A stretch of 64,000 nucleotides of DNA from assembly GCA_000934665.2 (NCBI GenBank), contig KZ538046.1, forward strand, positions 1-64,000, read 5' to 3'. Of the stretch, positions 38,701-53,200 are shown piece after piece. Source of the DNA: Catajapyx aquilonaris. Its lineage: Eukaryota. The notes below the pieces were generated by a model. That model searched no databases, had not been told where the DNA came from, and was given only the letters and a program-made list of their open reading frames with translations. Made by a program: the position numbers and the translations under genes. The number at the start of each line of letters is the position of its first letter. Positions within the stretch are counted from its first letter, which is position 1.

Positions 38701-41700
38701 CCCACAAGCATATGTAATTAGCGTACAAAAACAAGAGTAAGTTGGAAACTTATACATTATGCTAAATTTATTCGTCCCATTTTTTAAACTTGGGCAGGTC
38801 TAACTACGCCTACATCCGATATTTGAATGTACATGTATTACGACACTCTCAAAAAACAACTTAGAAATTCATTATTTTGTCATCTCCCAAATAATACTAA
38901 ACACCTCGAAATAACAGGGTACAACATCTATTGCCTTCTCCCGATCCTATCAAAGGGCCCACATCACCCACCCAAAAAAACGCACTTGTACAGTTTCAAA
39001 TTTGCATTAACATTCGTGATCAAGGCTTTTGCTTAAGGCATCAAGCTGTATGAACGTTCACGTGATGAAGAAGGCACAAGAAACTCACTAAAAAGCGCAT
39101 AACGGTGGCTACCAGAAGTGTGTTGCTGAAGGATTAACCAAATAAAAAAAGAAGCTGTCTGAGTAAGCTTGACTCACAGTACCGTACAGGCAAAGCAAGA
39201 ACTGGTCACCTTCTACGCCTCCAGATGATAATCTAAAGACCTTCTGGCATCAATGGGTGGGGATGCCATGTTCCTACACTTTCAAGAGAGCTCTTTACTA
39301 CCCAAGTTTACGCGACGGGATTTCTCTCCCGGCAGATTTCATTGTCTGAGGATAACTTCCCCCGGGAGCAAATCGGGTGCAATTGATCAATAACCCTCCC
39401 AGCTTGCGGAAGACGTCGACATCGCCCGACGCCATCATTGTCAGTCAGTCAGTCAGTGAGTCAGCCTAAAGAGGCAGGGGGGGCTGGAGGGCGAATAGGG
39501 GTGTGGGTGTCTCTGTGGTTCCTTAGCAACCCCTAATTTACATCCTCAGGTACACTCCAATCAGTAAGTTCGAACCATTATAAGTATCCTCCGCCTACAT
39601 GGAAAGAGGGGGCGATGCGGCAAAAGTAGTTCAGCGGATGAATATACACCACGGGGATTCCCCCGGCAGTAGCAGGCTGCTTGGCCCTGATGGAGGCCAT
39701 AAACCACCTTGTAGAGTCGAGGCCAAGGATCTCCCCAGCTCAACGGGAGGTCATCAACATCATCGCCCTCATCATCATCTCTTCTCCCGGTAGAAACCAG
39801 TTTTGCGCCAGGTGGCATTTGGGAGGGTCTTTTTCTCTAGGTCAATGGGCTACTCCCTTGAACTTGACCGTGCTTCTCTGACAAATCAGCGGCCTTTCTA
39901 CCTGTCCCGCCCGCCCGCCCCTCGAAAGGGAAAGTCGTCCCTGGGCAGGTGGGCTACCTACCATGCATTTGATGCTTCTCTTCTGTCTCGTTTCTCCTCC
40001 CCCTTTCGCTTTCCGGACCTCTTTTGCCCCACTCTTTGGCCATCGCATCGGTAGCAACCGGGGCGTTTCAAACAAGTGCAATAACGGTAATTTTCTAGCA
40101 TGAGGTCGAATTAAAATGTAATCCATAAAGGTGATTAGTGAACTACAGTCAAAAAAGTAAACAATATTGTTGAACTTTACGAGACACTAATAATACGTAC
40201 CATTGAATATATATCGTACCACTTTCCTGGTGTCAGTTATTTTGGGTGTGTTGACCCTGTTTACAAAAATTATGCACCGGAAGCTATCAAGAGTAATCAG
40301 GAAGACGCTAGCGATAACCCTGTACCGTATAGCCTTGCTTAAGGGCACGTCCCTGCACAATGACCTGGTATCATATAAATTACAATTTGAAACAATAGCT
40401 CTGTTGCTTCTTGCTAAAATGTCCATACAGGAGGCGTTGTAAAAGACTAACAGACTTTAGTGTGTGTGGGTCAACATTTGCTAAAGGGTCAAATTGAGTA
40501 TAGCAGAGTTGTTATTTTCCAATCATAATTTATTTCCTGCATTAAGTCTTTTATCAATTTGATTACATATACACAACGTCTCCTTATAGCGGTTTAAGCC
40601 CTTTGAATCAGCAATATGATATATACAGTAGCTATCATGAAAGGGCAGGTGCATGCAGGGCGTATACAGTATATACTGAGCATGAGTGCGTGGCATTTTT
40701 AATTTTGCGAAACAACAAGCTGCAGGTGTCCAGTCTGCGAATTTGCGTTAGAAAACAAGGGGGTGTAATATCAATAACACATATCAGATCAAGTTTACCA
40801 TATAAAAAAATCTGAGCACGATCTTTATTGAATAAACATTCCCACTGTACTGGTATTTAGTTAGGCTCCTTTATTGCGCACTCACTTGCTGCTGCGTATT
40901 TTTTATCACCAATTTTTTTTGCGGTGTTTGTAGAACACGCTGTGCATGGAAAATTAGCTATATAACATAGGGCTATGGACTTCAAAAACGCTTTATGGTG
41001 TGTGGAAAACCGGCGCATGACAGATGGGTGCCATGTGTCTGGTGTCACGAACCGAAATACATTAAAGAGACCAGAAAGACAAATTATGTCAGCCTTTGAC
41101 CACGTCTTTGCACAAGGACAAGTATTCATTTCAGACGCTATTCTCAGCCCGGTAGCAAGGTTGTCGTACCTCCACTTTTAAGATAAACAATGACAAAATT
41201 TTTATTTTGGGAAACACCACCAGAAATGACTATTGCTAAATAGTTTTTTGACATGTAACGTTCCTCTTGTAGTTCTATTTCTCAATAATAATGAAATGCA
41301 TCCCACCATCTTAATGAAAGTAATATACCAAAAATGACGTCATATTGATGTAAGTTAAAGCAAATTTTCGAAATTCATTTCACTCTCTTTCAATACCCTC
41401 CGGACAAATGCGTGCAAATACTGCCCCTACATCCATGGATTACGTGCGGCGAGATGGATTACGTTCGAGCTTCTCGGTGATTACCCGAAAGGGTACTAGG
41501 TACCAAAATCGTTATCGTATTTCGGAAGCTTGTTATGTGATAGTTAATATTAATATAGTAGGCATACTTAAACGAGCCAGCGCAAGACATTGTCGCTAAG
41601 TTATATCGATATCTCCGGTGCAATTATATAAATTGCGACGATTACACACGATTTGCAGAAATGTTTCATATTTGGAGATCGAACGCTTTTGCAAATCAAA

Positions 41701-43960
41701 CTATTGTCTCATTTATTGATGACACTTTTCGCCCATTTAAAAAATTCTCCGCTAATCACTTAAACCACCTACGATATAAATACACCATACCTGATGAATA
41801 TTTGGCATATGGAAGGAAACTGAATAACCCCGAAAAACCCCAAATGCGAAGGGCAGAAACCCAAAAATACTCCTCTCACAGAAAGACCTGCGTCACATCC
41901 GGAGCAGAAGTGGCAGACCGGATCTCGAGATCACCGTGCTCCAAAGAAGTTGCCTGTTTATTACTGATGTGATATAAAGTTGGCGTTATGTACTGCCATT
42001 TTCATTTTTGAAACAATTCAATTAATTAAAAATATTCTGATATAAATCCAAGGTTGTTAAACGAGACTATATAGGCATACTACAACCTCACGCGAAAATA
42101 GTTTTGACCACGCACTTCAATGTTCAGCATATGAACTACCAGCTCTTAATTTTGATTTGTAGAGGATCTCGCAATAATCTTTGCATCTAATGCGTAAGAC
42201 CACATCCTGTGGTCATCAAGGCAAAAAGAAATGTAATTGCCACTGTTATTGGGCATAATTATATGGTGTACGTCCAGACTGCAAAGTTATGAAAGACAGC
42301 CCTGGAACTCGATGTCATGTTCATCAAGCAATATCAGATGGGACTAATCAACTAAGATTGTTACGCTTGTAGTTTGCAAGTCTCCGTGATGTCTTAAGTG
42401 GGGCCACTTTATCCAACGTATACAACTCATTCTCATCATTTTAAAGATATTCCTTACATAAAATAAAAAAGCTTAACCGAATGAACATGCAAGATAGTGT
42501 TATTATCGCAAGTTAGTATATGAAAAGTGTTGCTCGTGAATAAAAATATTGCAATTTGTATAGAATTCTTAATAAGTATTGCAAAATTCAAAACTCCTTG
42601 CCAAGTTGACTCTCATAATAATTGTACTCAAGGTCAGGTTGTATCACTCATTTATATGATAAAATGTATTGTGAATGCATGTACAGTAATAATAACAATC
42701 AGAGATTTTCTCGTAACATGCGCTCCCCATGCAGTAAAGGGGAGAAAATTAACATTTACTGAGTGAACTATACATGAATTATTGTTCACTGCATTCCAGG
42801 ATTTTTTATCAGTAAACTTCACTCGTGATCTGTTTACGTCAAGATGCAGGTTGAACTTCGATGTAGGTAAACAACAGCTGTAACCAATGGACAGAAAATT
42901 GACCGTATTAAAATAATTATTGGCTCTTCACTACACTGCACAAATAATAACAGGTTCTTTCCCCCTACATTACCAACCTAATTGTATTTCACACACTGAC
43001 ACGTATTCAGATAGCTCCTCAAAAAAAATCCCACATTGTTGCCTGAATAGGTCAATGTTCAACCAGATTTTTTTTTTGTCCCCTTGTTCCCCAAGACTTG
43101 CATCACCGCGTCAAGAAAGGAGCATCTGTAACCCTCATCTCCCTACATAAAAAACTATTTTTTTTGCCTCTCCTTCTCTCCTGAAAGGGATAGTATCGCT
43201 TCTAGTTGTCTAGAAGATTGGTAGTGGCGGTGTGTGGGCCAGAAGGCGGAAAGAGCAGCGTAGGATGACCGCGTACCAAACGCAAATAAGTTAGTGGCCC
43301 TTCTGGCGCTCTTATTTTTTTGGGGAGACCATGGCAGCATCCCGTCCGCAACGAATCCTCAGCCTGCGACTGGTCAAGACAATTACCCTCATTTTTTTTG
43401 GAGAAGCGTCCTTCCTCTAGTATACAGGCGACCCCCAAGAAAACGCACATAAATTAAGCTAACAAGCATTCCGTAATAAGAGGCATTAATCGTGGCGCCT
43501 TTGTTGGGTCCTCGCCGCGCCTTCGCACCTAGGCTGCTACACCAAGACGAATGGCCCTTTGTGTGGGCCACCCCCGATTATGGATCCATTTGCCTCCTTC
43601 CTATATACTGTCTGGCCCACCCCTATATCATACTGCAGACACCCATAAGAATAGAGGACCACCGAACCTCCCCCACTTTTGTTATGTGTACATGTTACGC
43701 GTGCGCTACTATCACAATTTCGCATCGGCCAAGCAGGGTAAAGAGCTCAGCAATTTGCAAACAGTGTAATCGTATCTAACGCTGGGATCGGGAGGTGGGT
43801 ATGAATTAAAGAAAATGTGAGTTAGTGGCCAAATAATAATATGGGAAAACGTACATGCTTGGCTGTACCTCGACATGTGTGCGTGGTATCTGGGGCTTAG
43901 ATTTTTGGTAATGAGTGTAGGCTGTAGGGTAAACGTGTAGCCAAGCTTGACTGTCCTATA

Positions 43961-44084
43961 CAGGGTGTTTCATAATTGAGCTTATGTTCGACCGACTCAA
44001 ATTGGCGGGCTCAAGAGTATACCAAACTGGCGCGACCACCGATAGTCTATTATACGTGTGTAAGGTTAATTATGATACACGCGG
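43961..44084. mobile_element. 124-bp MITE of the Tc1/mariner superfamily (decayed)
   Basis: Left end CAGGGTGTTTCATAATTGAGCTTA versus reverse complement of right end CCGCGTGTATCATAATTAACCTTA: 19/24 identical. TA flanks both sides (43959-43960 and 44085-44086). A CAGGGTG terminus is typical of invertebrate Tc1/mariner-type elements. Confidence 0.7.
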
Positions 44085-44175
44085 TATAAAGTTCCGCAAG
44101 AATTAATTACTGATTTATTAGATAAGAAAATATTTTAATACGAGACAGAATAAACCTATTTCCGCTCCATCAGGG

Positions 44176-44201
44176 TCCGGTTATAAGCAGGTGTAACTGT
44201 A
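44176..44201. mobile_element. Solo pogo/Tigger-like terminal inverted repeat remnant
   Basis: Reverse complement reads TA|CAGTTACACCTGCTTATAACCGGA, resembling pogo/Tigger-type TA|CAGT..ACC....TATAAC termini. No partner end was found. Confidence 0.35.
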
Positions 44202-47200
44202 CTATCTGCTGCAGAATTCCTCGGATAACCAGTGTGTATAGTTTGATTGCAAATTCAGCCAGTTTCAGTGACCATATATTTTAATTTCCCTTCTTAGCGG
44301 AAGCGTGTTTATAGTTTCCTCTGCTGGCTTTAATTACACGCATATAAAACACCATGACTAAGTTGGCCACCAAACTACATGACGGTATATAAACAGAAAA
44401 ATAAATAATAAAAACTTTCCTCTATGTCACTCACGTCTGGAAATGTGAATTCAAATTTTGCATAATGAACAATTTGTGTTAAAAACAGCATACTACTGCA
44501 CTTCTAAAATAGATCAGAAGTTATTCATTTATCATTATAAGTTAAGAAATATTGGCATCCACATAATTATGTCACATAATGAGGTCTTTGAATTTTCTAT
44601 GATTTCTCCATCACTGTACTGTACACGTCAAAAAAGACTGGGCGTATATATTAAAACCCTTAAAATACAAACGAATCCTCGTGAATCAAATTAAAATGAA
44701 CAAATCGCATTACAGTGTTAAGCTGGTGTTAAGATACACGACAACACCTACAGGCATACACGGCACTGTGAACACATTGTCATATATGAACGACTTGTTT
44801 TAAGCGTTATTTGCCCTATGAACTATACAGGGCAGTGTTTACTTGCGCATAATTATTTATAAGGCACTATTATAAGGCGAATCAGGCGAATGCAACATTG
44901 GATTCTCAATTATTAGTCACTTGTCTCGAGTAATTTCTTAACTTAGCAGAATCTGGAAACAGCGCAGGGAAAAACTTACAAGGTGTGATTAACGCAGACC
45001 ATCATGTTTATTGCTGAATTTCATTTGCATATCAGAGATGAAAGAGTAAGCTTGTATTCATTTTATGACATGTTGTCAGCACATGAAATGGACGCTATAT
45101 ATAGACTGAAGAAATGATTCAACACCAGCAGTATAGGACTCATTACGGCATACAATAATTTTCTACAGAGCAAGGAGGGGATTTCTGTGCATGTAGAATG
45201 ACTCATATAAGATCCGAGTTTCCTGTGCCAATGTTTTGTAAACAGTTCTAAAGAATGCGACACGCCATACAGTTTTGTTGTGACTATTGTGCAATTTCAA
45301 TCCATTCGACCCTGATCTACAAATCCACAATAGGCCTACTTCCATGCATAATCCGTGCCAAGAAATCACATTTTCACGTTAACTCATTACAAACAAATAA
45401 ATCGGCTCTAAAGAAGAACTAGCCGATTATTATCAAACGCCACCATTAGCATTGCAAAAGAAAGGTTTTCTTGCGGCTTCTTCCAAATCAAATTCGGAAA
45501 CCAAAGTGCGCCAAAATCAACCACTATGAAGTTATCTGAAAGCATTCCCAAGAAAGGCATATGCAACCAGTTAAATTGAAGTCTATCAGGGCTAACAGTA
45601 ATACTAAGAATTAATCTCCTGCCTCTCTGTATATATATACAAACTATCTACAGTATATGCCAATATTGTCACCAGAGCGATGGGAGCAAAGACCCTAACT
45701 ATACGCTGCCCATAAGTGCGTTCACTTTGCGCAGATCATATCGCGCATAAGAGTCCGGCAATAAAGAAATACATCCCCCCCAGGCTTTTTTTTTTTTTAC
45801 CCTCCCTTCACCCTATTTTCCAAGACCCCCGCTCTTTTTATTATCAGACATAAAAATCGTCAACGGAGGGACCATTAGGACACATCTCGAAGTCGTTCCA
45901 CAATAATAAAAATAAAGAGCGAAAAAAACGGACATCACGCTGAGTCGTTGTGCCAGGATTGATGGAAGATGCGGGGGTACTCCCAAAAAATGAGGAGGGA
46001 AAAACGTGGACTTTCATCTGGCAACCTTGATGGTCCTCCCCCACGGTCTTTTACGAGCACGGATCCCGGAAAAGAAAAAGCGTTCATCGGCGATTAAATT
46101 CATTCGCGGCCGAGGGGACGACCCAAAATGTTTCGCCACAGGAAGCCAGAGTTCGGCGCAGACTAATTTTCCCGAAGCATTTTCTGACGTGGCCCGCCAT
46201 TGCCACCTAAAAACGCAGAAACTAGCAGGGGGTGCCAGGCCCGGGCACTTTTTAGCAAAAAAAACACATAGTGATGGATCAAGCTTCAGAAATTATCCGC
46301 ATGAAAAATGGCACGCTTTAGAAGCCGGCTGTACTATTGTCCGGTACTATCTAAAAAAATTATGGACATAGGTGACCCCCCCTCTCTTTTGATGTATGTG
46401 GGCATTTTTTGGTGGAGGTCCAAGTAGGATTAGAATGAAAAGGAGGCAGATGGTCAGAAGTCCAGGTGGAGATGCGGTCCATGGCGAATGGCCAGCGTCC
46501 CTCCGGAGCCAAAGGGGCCAGTGGTCCTAACCCTTTGTCCACGCACTTTGCGCGCCATTGACCTGCCCTCCTCCCCCCTTTACTCTATGGAGACTGGACA
46601 GTTCGTCACGCCGAGCGTTACTGTCACCAACGCCTGAATTTGCATTTTAAAACAGTCAGAACAAAAGGGGGGAGGAAGCTCCTTGGGGATAAAAGGCCTA
46701 AGTCCAGTCCAAACCCCCTCAGCTAGCTTCCAAATAAATTGCTCCACGCATAGGAGGCTGCATCTCGGTGTAACTCAATACAAAAGAGGGGAGACGAGGA
46801 TGGTAAAAAAAAATTGAAATAAGAAAAAAAGTGGTCTTGCAGGCCGACGGAGGTGCGAGGCAGCCGTTTTGTCTCCCGGGGGCTAACGAGAAGGCCAAGA
46901 GAATAGCAGGGGAGCTCATTTGCATGCTGCTCTAGGTAGGCTCACCCCAACGGCCAGCTCCACCGTGAGAACCGTTCTCATCTCGCTCCGATCCTGTCCA
47001 TTTCACCCATCACTTTGTCTCAAGCCAGACCCCTACCTGCTTATACCTGCCATTCATCCTTTTCATATAGAGACTGTGTACACCCCATTACAATTGGAGG
47101 ACACGGATTGACTCCATAAGTAGACTCACCTCTTCCTGACAGTCAGATATACACCTACCCAATTGTGTTGGTGATGATTATAATTAGTCATTCGATGAAT

Positions 47201-50200
47201 ATTTGGAGTTGCTAATTATATTCAACAGGTGTGCTGCAAGAAGGTTAGCCGTTGCTGCCTATGTGTTTCTCGGAAATGCTGGAGACACACGAAGCAATAT
47301 ACATAATGACCCACAATAACAGGCGTGAAAATATTTAAAAATGTCGAGAATAAAACGTGTAAAATTTTAGTAAACAACAGCATATTGTGATCCAGTCCAG
47401 TTTTCTGTAATCTTTTAATTACTGCAAGCAGTTGGTCAACTTAATGACTTTATTTACCATCAGATAACTGGCCCGAATCCTATAAACAAAACACTCATAT
47501 ACGATAATCGCGTTCAATAAAGCCTTATTAATCTACCATAACCCCCTGAAATATTCATCTTGGAAGCAAGTAATTGTACCATTTGCTCGATCCGACAATA
47601 ACACGTCCACAATTGCGTTATTTTCTTCAGTCCCGCATTAAATTATTCACCAGGGGACCGTTATGGCCGGTGTATTTCATAACACTGGAAATAAAAGACT
47701 GGAGGGTTGCATCCATCCAAAAGACAAAAAAATATATGTATACCGCCACCCCTTCATCGGATGGTATCAATGGCGAGCACAGTTAGCGATGCATGATCAC
47801 GTGAGTGGTGCAATCAAACGGATCGATTCTATTCATTGAGAGAACTAGGCAATTCCACCTGGTCTCTTTTGTGTGTATGGGGGGCTAATTTCATGGGGCA
47901 ATTTTTTGGCAGTGTTAGTCCCCGCCTAGAAATAGGGGGCGGGCTTCGAAAAGGGGAGGGGACCCCTAGTTTTTATCAATTAAGGTGGAGATTGGCACCT
48001 AGGCGCACGCACCGCAACTTTTTCCACGGAAATGCGTGTTGCTTTTGGTGCAAGGATCGTTTCCGAAGGAAGCGCCACCCTTTTTGCTTATAAATGCGAG
48101 GATTTTTTAATTTTCGAATCAAAGCAGGTGAGGAGCGAGAAACCTGCCGAAGGGCTCACACCCGCTAACATTTTTCTAGAGATAAGATTTGATATCTTGC
48201 AGTTTTTTCAAGAAAAATGGGCAGGGAACAATTTTTAACATCTTTTTTATTTTACACGCCCAAACAACTGACAATTCTGATCCTCACAATGCAAAACAGG
48301 TCAAAATTATTATTATTACTGACACGCAATCACATTTTTGTAACTGAGAAGTTGCACACATGTACACATACGGGCGATTCATCATAACTGAAAGCCGGTT
48401 TTTTTGAACACCGCAGCATTCATCTAATGGGTAAAAGATTTAATACAACGGTGACTGCGAAATGATTTTTTTTTTGTCATCCAGAGAGAGAGAAAATCCC
48501 GGCTTCACAACTTCCTAGCCACCCCTAGAAATTTATGGGACGACACTGAATTACTAAACAGAATTAGTGAACATTTAGAGTGGGACGTAATAAACCATAT
48601 TACAAAATTGGTACCGCCTTAAGTGTCTTGTTTTCGGTTCTAATTTAGTAAAGGAGCAGACGGGTCTGCGTATGATAACATCTCGCGTGCACAACGAGCG
48701 TTAATTTGCCTGATGTTACCTCCGCAGGTTCTGGGCTTCTCTTCTTATGACGCCCCATTTCCAGATTAAATTCGTCTTGGCCTGGACCTGCCGGCCTGTA
48801 CGTCGCCAATCCATATACAGGACAAAATGGCGACTCACACACACTGACCCCAAAATGACCATGCAAACATGCATGACACAAACACTACAAGAGATAGCAT
48901 CCAGCTTCCGGCTGTTACTATGTGTCAGAACTGCAGAACTGGTCCAAGACAATTTGAGTGCCCCTAGACACACGCGGTCACCCCGCTGAAACTTGTTTAG
49001 GACCAGTCTGGCCAGATTTGACTCACCATTTACTACATGAAGCTGGATGCGTGAATATAGAGAATAAAATGAAGTGATCCACAGCCTAAGGAAGCCTGTG
49101 TTGAAGATCAACCCAACTCACACGTTGCAGGGTGGACCAGCATTCCTCGAGCGTGCGCTCGCTGATCTGAACATTGGACCTAGACTGCTGCAAGTAAAGA
49201 GAGGGACGGAGAGAGTGGGCTTCCTCTCTTCCACACTAACTAATGCCATGTGCATGTCCCCTCCTCTCAAAAAAATTGTGTAGAAAAAAAAGCACAGGCT
49301 GCAAGTTGGCATCAAAAGGGCCTTAAATATGATCAGATCAGATCAGATAATTTAATACAAAAAAATATTAGTGCATCTGGTCACATTGTTTGTGCTCCAG
49401 AGCATGTTTGCTCTTTGAAATTAACATCAGTTACTGATTACCTTTAGCAAACCATCGTTTTTGAACATACACTCGCCTTTCAAAAGTGACGCTAAGGTCT
49501 AATTAACTAATTTATGCATTTATTTGTTCATTATAATGAGAGCAGGCGAGCTGGTCCGCATATTTTAAATGCGTCACCATTTAAATAAATATGCAAATAT
49601 TGAAAATGCCTGCGTACTAAAACTAATTGCCCAGAAAACATCGACACACCGATGACAGAATGACAGCTAGACAAGAACTGAAGGCTAAACTACTGAATAA
49701 AATAAACCAAGAAGGTTAAGGTATGGTAAGGTCAGCCTCTTTTACAAGAGCGAAAGTGGTAGGCAAAAAGGGACAACACCCGATGGCTATCAGGCAACTC
49801 GGTAGCCCACAAGTCTTGTAAGACCACCAAGCAGTTGAAGGGGGTCTTTTAAGTCCCCCCCTCCTCTTCTCTCTGCCCATAAATTAAGGTAAGAAACGAC
49901 ACCTGGCGGCAAGTGGCTCTGCTTGGTTGCATTGGTGGGGGGAAAAGGATCGCCGGGGGATCAAAAACCCTCAACCCTTTTTTAGAATTTATAGACTCCT
50001 CTGTTTCTGGTCGAGTCCATAACTTGACTACTGCAAACCCGCCCACCCCCGTCACCACCACAGCCTTTTCCAAACCGCCTTCCCAACACCCCCAAAAACT
50101 TTTCTTCTGCCATCAAGATCCTTTCGCGTGACGTCTCCAAACCATTAAAGGCGCCAGCTGGAGACTATTACGCGGAGAAAATTTTCGACTCCATTTTCGT

Positions 50201-53200
50201 GGGCTCCCATTTTATTTTTATCTCCCTATTTCTGACCTTTGCACGGATATGGAAAAAGCTCACCATAAGGTAATTGGAAATACCCTTTGGATCCGATTAA
50301 TACCCGAAGCAGACACGACATCTGACTAAAAGATACAGTTATGCTTTCAACCCTATATATACTATATATAAAAAAACAGATCAGAATGACTCTGCAGGAC
50401 GACAAAAGCTGGCATGACTTCCCAAAATTAGTGCTGTGAAGACAATGCCCTCTGGTCCACTTATGGCCCTATATATATTTTTTTATAGTTCCTTAAGCTG
50501 GGTCCAGATGAAAGGTACCCCACACGCAACAAAAAGAACGAAATGAAAGGGAAGGGGTTGCTCGGCATCTGCATCCTTCCAACACAGCATTCCAGCCCAA
50601 CAACACCGTTACATCTAATTTCGAATTTCCTCTCGGGGGAGAATCAAACCCCTTCCAATTACGCTCCTTTCTCAAACATCTTTGATGGATCCGGCCCAAA
50701 AACAAGAAAATGGGAGGGTTGAAAATGGTACGATCCTATGTATTTTTTGGGGGGGAATTGTTAGAAGGGGAGAATATCATATAGCTAAGAGCAGTGTGAC
50801 TTGAGCTAGTGCCCAGAAAAATTCTGGAGCCCTTTTCCATTAGCAAGGAAGAAGAGTTGGGAGCGGGCCGCATGTTATGTTTCACGCTATTTTTAATGAG
50901 AAATTAAGAAATGAAAATTATCACAACGAGCGAAACTGCAGCTCTGTGAACAAAACAGGCCGTTAAGTGGTGTTTTAGCAGTGTTCTTGGCAGAGCGAGG
51001 AAGGAAGTCAGACGCACTGCCAGAGCGCGCCTAAGTTATGGGCCCGCAGTCCTTCTCCAATTTTCGCCCAAATTATAATGGAGGTAAGGGAAGGGGGGGG
51101 GGGGGTTGGAGGAGAAGGAGGGCTAAGCAGCTTTGGGATCCTCAGGAGGCTTTTAGGGCCTGTTCCACTGGGGAGGAAAGGAATTGCCGACTGCTAACCA
51201 CTGCTGTCTCTATTCATCTGACCGCACACTGCCACTTTTTTTTGGTGTCTTCTGCTCATTTGCATTTTCTGGCAGGGTTTCAAGATGTGTGAGGGTGTAT
51301 TTTTGCGAATGTACTGTACTAATGGGTGGGTTGACACTGATATAATTTCTCAGATTCATGTGAGCGACAATGGAAGAAAATCCGGCGGGTAGACTAATTT
51401 TGGGGCTGTTAATGTGATTATTATATTTTTTTTTACCTGTGTCACTCTTTGGTGTACCGGTAATTGCATGTAGCCCGGGTGGTAATTGAAGAGCTAACTC
51501 TATCCACCAAACTACTGTACGTTCATGTTTCACGTGTTAATTACCTTGTTACAGAGCACATGCGACGAAAAGTTGTTCGCTTTGTGCCAATATTTTTTTC
51601 GGTTAGCTTGTAATGTACGCGTTAGTGCAAGTTTTTAAATGGATAACAGAGAGGCACAAATATGGCACTACTAAGTTGCTGATAATAATGATCGAACTAA
51701 TTTATAGTGTAAAGTTTTGCATCATACTGTATATCACACATGCATTCCTCAGAAATCTGCTGGTTTTTACTTGGAAGGTGGGAATTTTATACCGAATTTC
51801 TTGAGCGTATTGCAAGAGGATTACTAATTCACAACTTGACAATAATTTGTAATAACAATATTGCATATTATTACAAGCGTGAACATACTGATGTGCCGTA
51901 CATTTTAACGCCAATAAACAACAAAGATTACTTGGTTTGAGCAAGACTTCGGGTAATGTAATGGCGAATTTTGATATAGGAAATACAGCCGAATTTATCT
52001 GATGATATTAAAATTATTTCAGTACAAATATTTTCCACATTGACAATGCATTACAGTATATTACTCACTGAAACCAATATTGCGATCAGCTGTCGAAGAC
52101 ATGCGTTTTAGAGTAATTATCTTGAATTTACGGAATTCAAAAAAGCGCGAGAGTCTATTAATTTTAATTTTACAAACACACAAGTTTTACTCAGGCTGCA
52201 TGAAGCAACTGACAAGAAAAGCTACACATATCAACACCGTTAACAGCACATTCGAAAATTATTTGTGTAATACGGCTTAAAATATAGGCTATATCAGGTA
52301 ATATAACACTTGCCTAATTTGACATATGCATAAGATTATCCAGTGTACTTCACATTTGTTATTACTATATTATTCTTTCACCTGCACGATATCTCGTGAG
52401 AAGACCTAATCTGATGCACTTACTACTGGGTGTTTTTGTATGTATCATGCAACTTACAGCTTCGTTGAAGGTATAGAGAAACGTATACCTTACAATCTAA
52501 CACATTTCGAGAGCTTTGCAATATACATTTGTCTGGAAGGAATACTTCCCCAAAAAATACCATTGTTGATACCAATAATAATTGTTATAGAATAATGCCA
52601 GAAAAACTAGATTAGGAGAATCTATTTATAAAATTTATATCCTACAAATTTTCGTTAACAAGCGTAACTTGATCGAAGAACATCATAGGCAGATTCGACA
52701 AGAATTTGGATAAAACTGGCATAAATTTTACGCCCCCTTATTTGAGCTCAACGGACAGAAAATTACAGCTTTTTACAACACTCACCGCTTCTATTATATT
52801 TAAGAACTTCATGTAAATTGTCTCACTGACAATGTAGTCTAGGCTTATATAAGTTTATGCAGAATATTTCTCGCGCAAAGAGCTTAGTAATTTCGTCATG
52901 ACGGCAATATTCGCTGCGTTACTCGGACAAAGAATTACACTGAACATTCAAAGCTGATTTTCGCAAAGGAAGTGCTGCAAGTTATATATACTCTAAGTAA
53001 AAGTGCATCTAATGGATTTCATTTTAATGGCCCTAAAAAGTTTTAAAACCCGTCTTTCATTTTGTTCATTTCACTTTGAGAGCCCAAAGAGTTAAAAAAA
53101 AACGAAAAGAAGGGGTGGAAGTCTCCACCTCCTAATCGCACGATATGAGCTTCGTCCTCAGGCGCCGCTAGTTTCAATATTTCAAATATCGACGCGCTAA

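Noticed and set aside
39805..39817. CTCF-like GCGCCAGGTGGCA; weaker matches near 9225, 46222 and 53655
   Set aside because: Isolated imperfect matches that cannot be separated from chance without a PWM scan or ChIP data.
49027..49042. 16-nt possible poison microexon (catccag|CTTCATGTAGTAAATG|gtgagt) on the minus strand
   Set aside because: The sites look good, but such a pairing is expected by chance in 30 kb; no other support.
51545..51610. Minus-strand ...SHVLCNK|gtaatt, which could join IFMHKS to form a finger
   Set aside because: The first ligand is His rather than Cys, there is no acceptor or pyrimidine tract, and the sequence is AT-rich and non-coding in character.
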